Origin: Spirogloea muscicola
Lineage: Eukaryota
Assembly (NCBI GenBank): GCA_009602725.1
Contig: WELB01000023.1
Span: 857,977-891,972 of the forward strand
Length of the DNA stretch: 33,996 bases
Direction: 5' to 3'
Below are positions 33,778 through 33,996 of the stretch, piece after piece. Every line of letters begins with the position of its first letter. Position 1 is the first letter of the stretch. The position numbers and the translations under genes are program-made. Under the pieces are notes generated by a model. It was not told the origin of the DNA, did not search any database, and saw only the letters and a program-made list of their open reading frames with translations.

Positions 33778-33996
33778 TTAAAATAAGAAAATGCGTGTAT
33801 ATTGAGATGGGGAGGCCATGTGTGGCCAAGTACAAAGGCAAGCACATTGGACAAATGTACGTCACCTGCTGCTAAGCTGACCCGCTCAGTAACCACGAGT
33901 CAGCACATAGAGGTCGCTAGCTGACGCTCGAATACCGGACGGCAATTGACTAGCTCTTGTGCCAGCAGCTAAGGCTCGACCAGCTTTCTGATGCAG
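33778..33996 (-). mobile_element. 3' end of a CRE-like retrotransposon (family-A relative), continues beyond the window
   Basis: LHQKAGRALAAGTRASQLPSGIRASASDLYVLTRGY* followed by GCGGGTCAGC...GTGCTTGCCTTTGTACTTGGCCACACATGGCC...ATACACGCATTTTCTT. Confidence 0.85.

Noticed and set aside
2424..33890. Selenocysteine or readthrough at the hairpin-associated TGA stops
   Set aside because: Homologous families end in TAA (27161) and TAG (28179) at the same position, and the downstream sequence is not conserved as protein.

Overview
Eukaryotic, intron-rich genomic DNA, most likely from a streptophyte green alga. This is an inference from a land-plant-type C2/CaLB gene, a CYP746-like P450 and TTTAGGG-type repeats. 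Five spliced genes can be assembled by hand with GT-AG introns and consistent phases: a secreted UshA/CD73-type 5'-nucleotidase (+), a C2-domain protein (-), a cytochrome P450 (-), a small secreted hypothetical protein (+) and a single-HMG-box protein with a presequence-like N-terminus (-). The intergenic space is dominated by several related families of CRE-clade-like, restriction-like-endonuclease (RLE) non-LTR retrotransposons. There is one decayed RT region with a fold-back inversion, several RLE-domain fragments that end in a conserved 'SDLxxL(T/S)RG(Y/F)-stop' peptide, and dozens of very short (37-200 bp) 5'-truncated 3'-end copies. These short copies have structured UTRs, pyrimidine-rich rather than poly-A tails and 7-11 bp target-site duplications (TSDs), and they are stacked and nested in clusters. 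Also present are a solo LTR with a 5-bp TSD, a decayed PHD finger next to a polypurine tract, a pseudogenised retropepsin-like ORF and degenerate telomere-like arrays. All calls were made by eye; no database search was run.
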